Shown: positions 44,309 to 54,090 of the stretch, in pieces | Layout: each line of letters opens with the position of its first letter | Position numbering within the stretch: the first letter of the stretch is position 1 | Origin: an uncultured Gemmatimonadales bacterium | GTDB lineage: Bacteria; Gemmatimonadota; Gemmatimonadetes; Gemmatimonadales; GWC2-71-9 | Reading direction: 5' to 3' | DNA: 64,000 nucleotides | NCBI GenBank assembly: GCA_963728915.1 | Contig: CAVSLV010000001.1 | Span: 1,024,001-1,088,000, forward strand | Program-made: the position numbers and the translations under genes | Notes under the pieces: generated by a model | What the model was told of the DNA's origin: nothing | Database searches by the model: none | Seen by the model: the letters and a program-made list of their open reading frames with translations, nothing else

Positions 44309-44707
44309 TTACCGTTTGCTGAACTGGAACCGCTTTCGCGCCCCGGGCCGGCCCGGCTTCTTTCGCTCAACCTGTCGGGGGTCCCGGGTGAGCAGGCCGG
44401 AGCCACGGAGCTTGGTACGGTGCAGCGAATCCGCCATGACCAGCGCCCGGGCAATGCCGAGGCGTAGAGCGCCCGCTTGCCCAGCCTGCCCCCCGCCGTC
44501 GACGTGGGCCCGCACATCAAAGGCGCCCAGGGTATCGGTCGCGGTGAACGCCTGCTGAATGTGCTGCACCAGCGAGGGCCGCGGGAAATAGTCTCCCAGG
44601 TTCCGGCCGTTGATCTCCCACTTCCCGGTGCCTGGCGTGAGGTAGACCCTCGCCACGCTGGTCTTGCGCCGGCCGACCCCCTGCCACCGGAACTGATCTT
44701 CCTTCAT
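44309..44707 (-). CDS. rpsI: 30S ribosomal protein S9
   Basis: GRRKTSVARV, GGGQAGQAGA, LTRDPRQVERKKPG, FQFSKR. Confidence 0.97.
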   Translation of the reverse strand: MKEDQFRWQGVGRRKTSVARVYLTPGTGKWEINGRNLGDYFPRPSLVQHIQQAFTATDTLGAFDVRAHVDGGGQAGQAGALRLGIARALVMADSLHRTKLRGSGLLTRDPRQVERKKPGRPGARKRFQFSKR

Positions 44708-45147
44708 GCGCTCACCTTCACGGCAAAGGGCCTGGGCTGCTGCGCGGCGTGGGGATGCTCGGCGCCGGAGTAGACCTTGAGCTTGTGACGAAGCCGCTGC
44801 TTCGACAAGGAGTTCTTGGGCAGCATCCCGAACACCGCCTTCTCGACGACCCGATCTGGATGTTTCTCCAGCAGGTCGCGCAACGGGGTGAACCGCTCGT
44901 GCCCCATGTATCCGGTGTGCCGGAAATACACCTTGGTCTCGAGCTTGTTTCCGGTAACCCGGATTTTCGCCGCATTGACCACGACGACGAAGTCACCGCC
45001 ATCCATGTGCGGCGTGAAGGTCGGCTTGTGCTTGCCCCGGATGAGCTGAGCCACCGTGCTGGCGAGGCGGCCCAAAGGGACTCCTTCCGCATCCACGACG
45101 TGCCAATCATGCCGGATATCCGCCGGCCGTGCAGAAAACGTCTTCAT
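44704..45147 (-). CDS. rplM: 50S ribosomal protein L13
   Basis: WHVVDA, LGRLAS, GKHKPTFTPH, GMLPKN, HPHAAQQP. Confidence 0.97.
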   Translation of the reverse strand: MKTFSARPADIRHDWHVVDAEGVPLGRLASTVAQLIRGKHKPTFTPHMDGGDFVVVVNAAKIRVTGNKLETKVYFRHTGYMGHERFTPLRDLLEKHPDRVVEKAVFGMLPKNSLSKQRLRHKLKVYSGAEHPHAAQQPRPFAVKVSA

Positions 45148-45192
45148 TCGACCCCGGTTTCGAGGACAAAAAAACTTCCAAACCAGCATGGC

Positions 45193-45222
45193 AAGCTAAC
45201 ACGTTGCAATGGGTTAGGTCAA
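45193..45222 (-). promoter_or_regulatory. Promoter of the rplM-rpsI-rpsB operon
   Basis: TTGACC-18 nt-TAGCTT. Confidence 0.62.
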
Positions 45223-45734
45223 GCTGAAGGAGGGTCTTCCCGGAAGCTGATCAGCAGGTCGCCCTTTTCCACCGGCTGACCCGGCCGAACATGCACCTGT
45301 TCGATGACGGCGCGGGCGGCAGCCTTGAGGTCGTTCTCCATCTTCATGGCTTCGAGGACGACCAGGCTGGATCCTTCTTCCACCTCCTGCCCGGGAGCGG
45401 CCGGCACCCTGATCACCAGCCCCGGCATCGGGGCCATGAGGGGCCGGATGGTGCGCTCGGCGCCGGAACCTGCCCGGAGCCGGCGGGCCCGCTCGGCTCG
45501 CTCGTCGAGCACCAGGACCTCCCGACGATCACCGTAGATCGAAACGACCCATTTGCGATCATCGGCAGGCTCCACCACCACGGGGAAGCGCTGGCCCTCG
45601 AGCTCGAGCACGTGACCGGGGGAGTCGTCGAACCGCTGGAGGCGAACGCGGTGCGCGACGCCATCAATGACCACCCCGTCCTTCACGATCTCGACGACGT
45701 ACCGATGGCCGTGGAGCTCCACGATGTAATTCAT
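45219..45734 (-). CDS. Biotin carboxyl carrier protein with N-terminal beta domain
   Basis: APMPGLV, biotinylation motif EAMKMEN, V.KGDLL. Confidence 0.92.
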   Translation of the reverse strand: MNYIVELHGHRYVVEIVKDGVVIDGVAHRVRLQRFDDSPGHVLELEGQRFPVVVEPADDRKWVVSIYGDRREVLVLDERAERARRLRAGSGAERTIRPLMAPMPGLVIRVPAAPGQEVEEGSSLVVLEAMKMENDLKAAARAVIEQVHVRPGQPVEKGDLLISFREDPPSA

Positions 45735-46960
45735 CGCGGCTCCAGCGTGGCCACGGTTTCCACGTGGGCCGTCTGGGGAAAGAGATCGAAGCAGGCAAGA
45801 TCGACCAAACGGCAGGCGGAACCGAGCCGCCCGAGATCCCGGGCCAGGGTTGCCGGATCACAGGAGACATAGACCAGCCGCCTGAGCGACGCGGCGGTCA
45901 AGTGTGCGGCCACCGAATCGGCGAGGCCGGTCCGGGGAGGATTGACAATCGCCGCTCCAGCCGGCCTGAGTCTTCCGATCAGGTCCTCGACGTGACCGGC
46001 GTGACGCGTGATCCCCTGGGCCGGACCCCGTTCCTCGGCAAGGCGCACCGCACGAGGATCGAGCTCGACGCTCTCAATGGTGGGTGGAACCACGCCATGA
46101 AGCAGCGCGGTGGTTTCACCGATCCCGGCGTAGAGATCCCACACGTGGAGCCCCGAGAGGTCGCCAAGCTGGCCCACCGCATAGGCGCGGACCCGATCGC
46201 CCATGACCGGGTGGATCTGCTCGAACACCGTGGCCGGATAGGCATCATCGGCGCCGAACACCGCCCTGGCAACGCCGCCTTCGGGTTCCCACCACAGCGT
46301 GGTGGGCAGGTCGCTCTCCTGAAGGGCTGTCCCGAGCTCCGCCGCCCCGGTCCAGACCCGGGTTCCCCGGGTCTTCACGATCGCATGGGTATTCCCTGCT
46401 CGATCGACGCGGAGCACCAGGCGCTCCGCGTTCCGGGGCAACAGGTCCCGCCGGGCGCGGATGCTTCCCCACCGGGCATTGAGCTCCGGCCGGGCGATGG
46501 GGCAGCGGGTTAGGTCGAAGACCCGGTCCGCCCGATCCAGGGGATGAAACCCGATCCCGCCCGGCCCGATCGCCAGGGTGATCCGGGTCCGGTATTCCCA
46601 CTCCCGGTCACTCGGCGCGAGGCCGGGGTCCGGGACGGCGAGATGGCCGATCCTCCGAAGGGCGTCGCCGACCAGGCGCCGTCGGGCGGCGCGCTGCGGG
46701 TCGGCTCCCAGGTGCTGAAGCTGGCATCCGCCGCATTCGTCGCCATCGTAATGCGGGCAGGCAGGCGGGACCCGCTCGGGAGAGGGCTCGATGATGGTGT
46801 CCAACCGGGCCCGGGCGAACCTGCGCGAGGGTCGGACATCCCGCAGGGTAACCAGGTCGCCGGGAGCCGTCCGGGGCACGAAAACGACGCGTCCGTCGGG
46901 AAGGGTCCCCACGCCATCGCCCCCCGCGGCGATCCCATGAACCCGAATGGGGTCGGTCAC
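45731..46960 (-). CDS. TrmA/RlmD-family RNA m5U methyltransferase
   Basis: TRAM domain, Fe-S motif CPHY..ECGGCQLQH, DLYAGIG, NPPRTG, catalytic YVSCDP, FPQTAHVE. Confidence 0.88.
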   Translation of the reverse strand: MTDPIRVHGIAAGGDGVGTLPDGRVVFVPRTAPGDLVTLRDVRPSRRFARARLDTIIEPSPERVPPACPHYDGDECGGCQLQHLGADPQRAARRRLVGDALRRIGHLAVPDPGLAPSDREWEYRTRITLAIGPGGIGFHPLDRADRVFDLTRCPIARPELNARWGSIRARRDLLPRNAERLVLRVDRAGNTHAIVKTRGTRVWTGAAELGTALQESDLPTTLWWEPEGGVARAVFGADDAYPATVFEQIHPVMGDRVRAYAVGQLGDLSGLHVWDLYAGIGETTALLHGVVPPTIESVELDPRAVRLAEERGPAQGITRHAGHVEDLIGRLRPAGAAIVNPPRTGLADSVAAHLTAASLRRLVYVSCDPATLARDLGRLGSACRLVDLACFDLFPQTAHVETVATLEPR

Positions 46961-48462
46961 TGCAGCGCGTCGAGCCGGCTTTGCCCCAGCCAGCGTTCCG
47001 TCGCGATCGGGCTCCCCGCCGCGGGGGAGACCCGGGCCTGGGACGGCCCACCCTCGTGTTCCGCCAGCACCGCGGCAGCGATCGAGGCGATGGTGGCGAC
47101 GGATTCCCGCCCGGACTCGAGGAGGTCGGGTCGCCGGTCCAGGAATCCGATGTCCACTTCGCCCTGGGCAAAGTCCGGGTCGGCAAGCAAACGACGCAGA
47201 AATCCCTGATTGGTCGCCACGCCGGCAATCACCATCTCCTCGACCGCCCGACGCATCCGACGGATGGCCCCGGCGCGGCTTTCCGCATGCACCACAAGCT
47301 TCGCGAGCAGACTGTCGTAATACAGACCGATCTCATCGCCAGGCTGAATGCCGGCGTCCCAGCGAATCCCGGGACCGGCCGGGGCGTGGAGATAGCTGAT
47401 CCGACCGGTCGCGGGCAGAAAACCGTTTTCGGGATCCTCCGCCGTGATCCGGCACTCGATGGCATGCCCCCGGGGATGGAGCGGCCATTCGGAAACCGAC
47501 ATGCCGAGTCCGCGGGCAATACGAAGTTGCTCCCGGACCAGATCGACGGCATACACCAGCTCGGTGACCGGATGCTCGACCTGGATCCGGGTATTCATTT
47601 CCAGGAAATAGAACGTCTCGTCGGGTGCGAGGAGGAACTCGCAGGTCCCCGCCCCTCGATAGCCCACGGCGGTCGCGGCCGCCATGGCCGCCTGCCCCAT
47701 GCTGCGGCGGAGCTGGGGAGTCACGACCAGACAGGGCGCCTCCTCCACGACCTTCTGATGGCGCCGCTGAATAGAGCATTCGCGCTCCCCCAGATAAATG
47801 GTCTTCTGAAAGTCCGCCAGGACCTGGATCTCCACGTGGCGAGGATGCTCGATCAGTTTTTCGAGATAGACCGCCCCATCGCCGAACGCCTTGAGGGCTT
47901 CCGACGAAGCGGTCGCGACGGCTGACCCGAGCTCGGCGGTAGCGCGCGCGATGCGCATGCCCCGGCCCCCGCCACCCGCGGCGGCCTTGACGAGGACCGG
48001 ATAGCCGAGCTCGGCGGCGAGTTCCCGGGCGGACCTGGGGTCACCGATGGGGGCCACGCCGCCGGGAACGATCGGTACCGCCGCCTCCTTCATTCTTCGC
48101 CGGGCCTCGATCTTGTCGCCCATCGCGCGGATGGCGCTCGGGGGAGGCCCGACCCAGACCAGTCCGGCCTCCTCGACCGCTTCGGCAAACTCGGCGCGTT
48201 CCGAGAGAAACCCGTATCCGGGATGGATCGCCTGCGCGTCCGCCGCGCGCGCCGCGTCGAGCAGCCGCCCGATGTTGAGGTAACTCTCCGCCGCGGGCGC
48301 CGGACCAAGCCGTATCGCCGCGTCGGCCATGCGCACGAAGAGGCTCGACCGGTCCGCATCGGAAAACACCGCCACGGCCTCAAGACCTTCTTCATGGCAG
48401 GCCCGCACAATCCGCACGGCGATTTCGCCACGGTTGGCAATCAGGACGCGCTCGACTTTCAC
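46957..48462 (-). CDS. Biotin carboxylase subunit of an acyl-CoA (likely propionyl-CoA) carboxylase
   Basis: IANRGEIA, HPGYGFLSE, GGGGRGMR, RECSIQRRHQK, EMNTRIQVEHPVTE; GGAGG RBS before GTG at 48462. Confidence 0.93.
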   Translation of the reverse strand: MKVERVLIANRGEIAVRIVRACHEEGLEAVAVFSDADRSSLFVRMADAAIRLGPAPAAESYLNIGRLLDAARAADAQAIHPGYGFLSERAEFAEAVEEAGLVWVGPPPSAIRAMGDKIEARRRMKEAAVPIVPGGVAPIGDPRSARELAAELGYPVLVKAAAGGGGRGMRIARATAELGSAVATASSEALKAFGDGAVYLEKLIEHPRHVEIQVLADFQKTIYLGERECSIQRRHQKVVEEAPCLVVTPQLRRSMGQAAMAAATAVGYRGAGTCEFLLAPDETFYFLEMNTRIQVEHPVTELVYAVDLVREQLRIARGLGMSVSEWPLHPRGHAIECRITAEDPENGFLPATGRISYLHAPAGPGIRWDAGIQPGDEIGLYYDSLLAKLVVHAESRAGAIRRMRRAVEEMVIAGVATNQGFLRRLLADPDFAQGEVDIGFLDRRPDLLESGRESVATIASIAAAVLAEHEGGPSQARVSPAAGSPIATERWLGQSRLDALQ

Positions 48463-48491
48463 GCGGGCCGGCTCCTCCATTCGGGGCCTCT

Positions 48492-48500
48492 AGCTTAGCA
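48492..48500 (-). promoter_or_regulatory. Extended -10 promoter for the biotin carboxylase operon
   Basis: TG-C-TAAGCT in the short divergent gap. Confidence 0.45.
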
Positions 48501-48529
48501 CAATGCCGGAGCGGGGGGTACGTTAGATC

Positions 48530-49429
48530 ATGCCTCATCAATCCCACGCGATCCTCGGCGCCGGCGGAGTGGGCGGTTTCGTCGGTACGCTGCTCGCGGC
48601 GGCCGGCGACAAGGTCATCGTCCTCGCTCGCCGGGAGCGGGTGGCCGGCTATCCCGGCTCGCTCACCCTGGAGAGCTCGTTCGGAAACCGTCGGGGACGA
48701 TGCACCGTGACGGACCAGCTTTCCGAGGAAGTCGATATCCTCTGGGTGGCGCCGAAGGCCACCCAGCTTCAGGAGTCGCTTCACGCCGTCCCCGAGCCTC
48801 GCCTGGCCAGCTCGGTCGTGCCCCTCCTCAACGGCGTCGACCATGTCGCGATCCTGCGCGAACGTTTCGGGCATGACGCGGTGTTGCCGGGCACCATTGC
48901 CGCCGAACTGGAACGGACCGCTCCGGGGCACTTCGTCCAGCGCTCGCCATTCGCCCGGTTCGGTTTCATCACCCGGGCGGAACCCGTCCTGCGGGGTTGC
49001 GTGGAGATCTTCACCGGGTTCGGGGCGAGCTGCGCCTTCGAAGTGGATGAGACCACGTTGCTCTGGCGCAAGCTCGCGTTACTGGCCCCGATGGCGCTCA
49101 CCACCACGGCCTACGCGCGCTCGATCGGCGAGATCAGGGACGATCCCGCGCTGGAGGAGCAACTCGAGGCCGCCATCCGGGAGGCGGGGGCCGTCGCCGT
49201 CGCGGAAGGCGCGCAGGTCGATGTGGAACAGACGCTCGGGTTTCTCCGGGGCGCGCCGGCCGGACTCCGAAGCTCGATGCAGAAGGATGTGGAAGGCGGG
49301 CGTCCTCCGGAGCTGGACGGCATCGGTGGCCCGATCCTCCGAGGCGCCCGGCGTCATGGGCTTGCCGCTCCGGTCACCGCAGCGCTGATGGAACGGATTC
49401 AGCCGGGAGCATCCCGGTTGGATCGCTGA
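48530..49429 (+). CDS. Ketopantoate reductase (PanE/ApbA)-family oxidoreductase
   Basis: ILGAGGVG Rossmann motif, LLNG, LWRKL, SSMQKD..GRPPELD. Confidence 0.82.
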   Translation: MPHQSHAILGAGGVGGFVGTLLAAAGDKVIVLARRERVAGYPGSLTLESSFGNRRGRCTVTDQLSEEVDILWVAPKATQLQESLHAVPEPRLASSVVPLLNGVDHVAILRERFGHDAVLPGTIAAELERTAPGHFVQRSPFARFGFITRAEPVLRGCVEIFTGFGASCAFEVDETTLLWRKLALLAPMALTTTAYARSIGEIRDDPALEEQLEAAIREAGAVAVAEGAQVDVEQTLGFLRGAPAGLRSSMQKDVEGGRPPELDGIGGPILRGARRHGLAAPVTAALMERIQPGASRLDR

Positions 49430-49446
49430 ATTCTCCGCGCTACTTT
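49418..49446 (+). promoter_or_regulatory. Putative promoter of the xdh-allB-alc-uraD-uraH operon
   Basis: TTGGAT-17 nt-TACTTT; GGAG RBS before ATG at 49471. Confidence 0.5.
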
Positions 49447-49470
49447 CAGCCCCATCCCCTCGGAGACTGC

Positions 49471-51579
49471 ATGCCGGTCGTCGGCGCCAGCGTCCCCCGA
49501 AAAGACGGCATTGGCAAGGCCACCGGTGCGGCCCGTTACGCCGATGACCTGGTGTTCCCGGGGATGCTCCACGGCCGGACTATCCGGTCGACCATTCCCA
49601 ACGGAACCATCCGGTCGATCCGGCTCGACTTCGACCGGGACGGCTTCACCATCGTCGACTACCGCGACATTCCCGGCCGCAATGTGGTTGCCCTGATCGA
49701 GGATGATCAGCCATTTCTGGTCGAGCACGAGATCCGCCACTTCGCCGAGCCCATTCTGCTGCTGGCCCATCGGGACCGGGAACGGCTCCTGGAGGCCCGG
49801 GTCGCGATCGAGTACGACGAAGCCGCGCCGCTCCTCGATCCCGAGAGGTCGACCGGCGTGTTCAAGTCCATCGACATCCTCAAAGGAAATCTCGAGGACG
49901 GGTTCGCCAGGGGCGACAAGGTGATTGCCGGGGAATACCGGACCGGTCACCAGGAGCACGTTTACATCGAGTGCAACGGCGTGGTCGCGGTGCCCGAAGA
50001 TGATGGAGTGGCCATCCACGGATCGATGCAGTGCCCGTTCTACGTGGTGAAAGCCCTCAAGAGTCTGCTGGGCCCCGAGGCCCGGCTTCGCGTGGTGCAG
50101 ACCGAGACGGGGGGCGGCTTCGGCGGCAAAGAGGAGTATCCCTCGATGCTGGCGGGACACGCCGCACTGCTCGCCCTCAAATCGGGCCGGCCGGTCAAGA
50201 TGATCTACGACCGGCTGGAGGACATGGTCGCGACGACCAAGCGGCATCCGTCCATCGTCCGGCACCGTACCGCCGTCACCAGCGACGGCCTGCTCACCGC
50301 GATGGAGATCGATGTCCTGCTCGACGGGGGGGCCTACGCGACGCTGAGTCCGGTGGTGCTCTCGCGCGGCTGCATCCATGCCGCGGGTCCATACCGGTGC
50401 GATCACATCGCGATCCATGGCCGAGCGGTATTCACCAATACGCCGCCCAACGGTGCGTTCCGCGGGTTTGGCGCTCCCCAGACGGAATTCGCGATCGAAG
50501 TTCACATGGACCGCATTGCGGAGGCGCTCGGCCTGGATCCTGTCGAGCTCAGACGCCGCAACGCGCTTCGCCCCGGGGACACGACCGCCACCGGGCAGAT
50601 TCTCAAGGAAGACTCCAGTGCGCATTCGGTGCTGGAGGAGGCGGTGCGCCGGACCGGATTCTCCCGGAAGCGGGTGGAGTGGCGCGGCACCGCGCGGGGG
50701 ATCGGGCTGGCGCTGTTCTATCACGGCGCGGGATTCACCGGCAGCGGCGAACGCACCCTCCGATCGAGGGCTCGACTGGTCCTGACGCCGAACGGGGTAC
50801 GGATCGCGGTCGGCAGCACCGAGATCGGCCAGGGCACCCGAACCATGCACGCCCAGATCGTCGCCGATGCGCTGGGAATTCCCTATGAGTCGGTGGAGGT
50901 GGCCCAACCCGACACCGCGGTGGTCGCGGACAGCGGGCCGACCGTCGCGTCCCGCACCTGTATGGTGGTGGGCAAGATCCTCGAGGAGTGCGCCGAGGAG
51001 CTCAAGGCGACGCTGAACGGCGAGCCGCTGACCGAGGCGTATGCCCGGCTGGGGCCGATCCCGGTCGAACGGATGTACGAACCGCCGGCCTGGATCCAGT
51101 GGGACGAGACCAGCTATTGCGGCGACGCATACGCCACGTACGGCTGGGGCTGTGACGTAGTCGAGCTCGAGGTGGATCCGGTGACCGCCGAAGTGAAGCT
51201 CCTCCAGGTCACGGCGGTACAGGAATTCGGCCGTCCCATCCATCCCGCTCTCGCCCAGGGACAGGTAGAGGGGGGAACGGTGCAGGGCCTGGGCTACGCC
51301 CTGCTCGAACACGTGGTCATGTCCGACGGTCGCATGGCAAACGGTCAGCTCACCAACTACATCATTCCCACCACGCTGGACACGCCGCCGCTCGATATCG
51401 TGATGCTCGAGAACCCCTACCCGGGCGGTCCATTCGGCGCCAAGGGCGTGGGCGAGCTACCGATGGATGGACCGGCACCCGCGGTGGTGAATGCCCTGCG
51501 CTCGATGGGTTACGACGCCCGGTGCATCCCGGTCACCCCCGAAGTCCTTTCGACGGTCGCGAGGCGGAGCCCGGCGTGA
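49471..51579 (+). CDS. Xanthine dehydrogenase-family molybdopterin-binding subunit
   Basis: GGGFGGKE, AFRGFGAPQ, EIGQG, GQVEGG..QGLG, GAKGVGE (catalytic Glu); purine-catabolism context. Confidence 0.9.
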   Translation: MPVVGASVPRKDGIGKATGAARYADDLVFPGMLHGRTIRSTIPNGTIRSIRLDFDRDGFTIVDYRDIPGRNVVALIEDDQPFLVEHEIRHFAEPILLLAHRDRERLLEARVAIEYDEAAPLLDPERSTGVFKSIDILKGNLEDGFARGDKVIAGEYRTGHQEHVYIECNGVVAVPEDDGVAIHGSMQCPFYVVKALKSLLGPEARLRVVQTETGGGFGGKEEYPSMLAGHAALLALKSGRPVKMIYDRLEDMVATTKRHPSIVRHRTAVTSDGLLTAMEIDVLLDGGAYATLSPVVLSRGCIHAAGPYRCDHIAIHGRAVFTNTPPNGAFRGFGAPQTEFAIEVHMDRIAEALGLDPVELRRRNALRPGDTTATGQILKEDSSAHSVLEEAVRRTGFSRKRVEWRGTARGIGLALFYHGAGFTGSGERTLRSRARLVLTPNGVRIAVGSTEIGQGTRTMHAQIVADALGIPYESVEVAQPDTAVVADSGPTVASRTCMVVGKILEECAEELKATLNGEPLTEAYARLGPIPVERMYEPPAWIQWDETSYCGDAYATYGWGCDVVELEVDPVTAEVKLLQVTAVQEFGRPIHPALAQGQVEGGTVQGLGYALLEHVVMSDGRMANGQLTNYIIPTTLDTPPLDIVMLENPYPGGPFGAKGVGELPMDGPAPAVVNALRSMGYDARCIPVTPEVLSTVARRSPA

Positions 51580-52010
51580 AGTTCCATCTCAACGGCAAGC
51601 CGGTGGACGTCGCGGCCCACCCGATGGCGCGCCTCCTCGACGTGTTGCGGGAGGAGTGCCAGCTCACCGGCACCAAGGAAGGCTGTGGCGAGGGGGAATG
51701 CGGGGCCTGCACGGTCCTGCTCGACCGAGAGCCGGTCTGTTCCTGCCTGGTCCCCCTGGCGCAGGCGGAAGGCCGGGCAGTGGAAACGATCGAGGGTCTG
51801 AGCGCCGAGCATCCGCTCCCCGTGTTGTTCATGGACGAAGTCGGGGCCCAGTGCGGAATCTGTACCCCCGGAATGATCATGACGGCCCTGTCGCTCCCCC
51901 CGGAGGCGACGTTCGAAGAAATTCGAACCGCCTTGGCGGGGAACCTGTGTCGCTGTACCGGGTACGCCGCCATCTACCGCGCCCTGGAGAAATGGCAGGA
52001 AGGGCGATGA
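51576..52010 (+). CDS. Xanthine dehydrogenase 2Fe-2S subunit
   Basis: GTKEGCGEGECGACTV..C, QCGICTPG, GNLCRCTGY. Confidence 0.92.
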   Translation: MKFHLNGKPVDVAAHPMARLLDVLREECQLTGTKEGCGEGECGACTVLLDREPVCSCLVPLAQAEGRAVETIEGLSAEHPLPVLFMDEVGAQCGICTPGMIMTALSLPPEATFEEIRTALAGNLCRCTGYAAIYRALEKWQEGR

Positions 52011-52819
52011 GGACCGCGATCTCGGGATTGAGCTATCGCCAGGCGGATACCCTGGAGGAGGCGCTGGACCTGGTACAGCGCGAATCGCTGACCCCGCTCG
52101 CGGGGGCGACCGACCTGTATGTCGCTCTCAACTTCGGTACCCTGGCCTCGCGCCGATTCCTTGACCTGGGCAGGATCGCTTCCCTTCGGACCATCACGAT
52201 GCGCGGTGAAGTGCTGGTGATCGGCGCGATGGCCTCGTACACCCAGCTGATCCGCTCGCCCGAGGTGAACCAGCGGCTCCCGATGCTGGTCGCGGCTGCG
52301 CGCCAGATCGGCGGAATCCAGATCCAGAACCGGGGAACCCTGGGCGGCAACATCGCGAACGCGTCGCCGGCCGGCGATTCCCTGCCCGTGCTGCTTGCCG
52401 CGGACGCCCGGGTGGTGCTTCGCAGCCGGAGCCTGACGCGAACGGTGCCGCTCGGCGAGTTCTACACCGGCTACCGTGCCTCGGTGCTCCGTCCCGACGA
52501 ATTGATCGTCGCGATCGAGATCCCGCCGGTCGAGGGGCGGCAGTACTTCCGAAAGGTCGGAACCCGGGCGGCTCAGGCGATCTCGAAAGTGGTGCTGGCG
52601 GGGGTCCACGACGGTCCGGCGCCGCGAGTGGCGCTCGGCAGCGTCGGCCCAACCGTCTTCCGGGTGACGCGCACCGAGCAGGCTCTCGCGAGCGGCGATA
52701 TCGAGCGCGCCGTGGCGATTCTGCAGGAAGAGATCGCGCCGATCGACGACCTCCGCTCCACCGCCGACTATCGTCGGATGGTGGCGGGCAACCTGCTTCG
52801 CCAGTTCTGGACCGGGTGA
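52007..52819 (+). CDS. Xanthine dehydrogenase FAD-binding subunit
   Basis: LAGATDL, QIQNRGTLGGNIANASPAGD, PIDDLRSTADYR. Confidence 0.9.
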   Translation: MRTAISGLSYRQADTLEEALDLVQRESLTPLAGATDLYVALNFGTLASRRFLDLGRIASLRTITMRGEVLVIGAMASYTQLIRSPEVNQRLPMLVAAARQIGGIQIQNRGTLGGNIANASPAGDSLPVLLAADARVVLRSRSLTRTVPLGEFYTGYRASVLRPDELIVAIEIPPVEGRQYFRKVGTRAAQAISKVVLAGVHDGPAPRVALGSVGPTVFRVTRTEQALASGDIERAVAILQEEIAPIDDLRSTADYRRMVAGNLLRQFWTG

Positions 52820-54090
52820 CCACAACCCGGCTCCGCAGCCGCCGGGTCCTGACCCACGACGGCATCCGGCCCGCCTCGCTGCGGATTACTGATGGGCGTA
52901 TCGCGGAAATCGCGGTGTGGGAGGGCGGTTCGTCGGGCTTCGATCTGGGCGAGACGCTGGTGATGCCGGGCGTGGTGGACGTTCACGTGCATGTGAACGA
53001 ACCAGGCCGCACCGAGTGGGAGGGCTTCGCCACGGCGACCAGAGCGGCGGCGGCGGGCGGAATTACCACCATCCTCGACATGCCGCTCAATGCCATTCCG
53101 CCCACGACGACGGTGGCAGCGCTGGCGGCCAAACGCCGGGCGGCCGAGGCTCAGGCCCAGGTCGGAATCGAGTACATCGGCGGTCTCATCCCGGGGAACC
53201 AAGGCCAGCTCGAACCCCTGGCGGAGTCCGGGGTGAGAGCATTCAAGTGCTTTCTGTGTCCGTCAGGCGTGCCGGAGTTTCCCGCGGTCCAGGAAGCCGA
53301 TCTACTCGAAGCCTGGCCGGTCCTGACCCGGTCAGGGCTCCCGCTGATGGTCCACTCCGAGCTTCCTGATCGCCTCTCTCCCGGCAGCAGGAGTGCCCGC
53401 TACGCGGACTATCTCGCCTCGCGACCGATCGGGGCGGAGCGCGAAGCGGTCGAGCTCCTGATCCGTCTGGTCGAGCGACAACCAACCCCGCTGCACATCG
53501 TCCACCTGTCGTCCTCGTCCTCCCTGGAGCCGCTTCGAGCGGCCAGACGGAAGGGTCTCCCGATCACCGTGGAGACCTGCCCGCACTATCTGACCTTCGC
53601 GGCGGAGGAAATTCCGGACGGCGCCACGGAATTCAAGTGCGCGCCCCCGATCCGGAGCGCGGAGGAGCGGGAGGCGTTGTGGCACGCCCTGATCAGCGGA
53701 GAAATCGACCTGATCGCCTCCGACCACTCCCCCTGCCCACCCGAGCTCAAGGAGACCGGCGGTGACTTCCGCGCTGCCTGGGGAGGAATCGCGTCGTTGG
53801 AGCTGTCGCTCGCGGCGATCTGGACCGGGGCGAGGAGTCGCGGCATCCAGGTGGAACGGCTCGCCGAATGGATGAGCGCGGCGCCGGCCCGGTTCGCCGG
53901 GTTGGGAGATCGCAAGGGTGCGATCCGTGAAGGCTTCGATGCCGACCTGGTGTTTTTCGATTCCGAATCGCAGTTCGTGGTCAACCCGGCTCACCTGTAC
54001 CAACGGCACCCCGTCACGCCGTACGCGGGTCGCTCGCTCAACGGCGTGGTCCGGGGAACCATGGTCGCGGGCCGTATTATTCCCGCATGA
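52816..54090 (+). CDS. allB: Allantoinase
   Basis: DVHVHVNEPGRTEWEGF, DMPLN, ETCPHYL, FKCAPPIR, SDHSP, AWGGIAS. Confidence 0.93.
   Translation: MTTTRLRSRRVLTHDGIRPASLRITDGRIAEIAVWEGGSSGFDLGETLVMPGVVDVHVHVNEPGRTEWEGFATATRAAAAGGITTILDMPLNAIPPTTTVAALAAKRRAAEAQAQVGIEYIGGLIPGNQGQLEPLAESGVRAFKCFLCPSGVPEFPAVQEADLLEAWPVLTRSGLPLMVHSELPDRLSPGSRSARYADYLASRPIGAEREAVELLIRLVERQPTPLHIVHLSSSSSLEPLRAARRKGLPITVETCPHYLTFAAEEIPDGATEFKCAPPIRSAEEREALWHALISGEIDLIASDHSPCPPELKETGGDFRAAWGGIASLELSLAAIWTGARSRGIQVERLAEWMSAAPARFAGLGDRKGAIREGFDADLVFFDSESQFVVNPAHLYQRHPVTPYAGRSLNGVVRGTMVAGRIIPA

Noticed and set aside
49399..51312. 637-aa minus-strand ORF
   Set aside because: Antisense shadow of the xanthine dehydrogenase Mo subunit.
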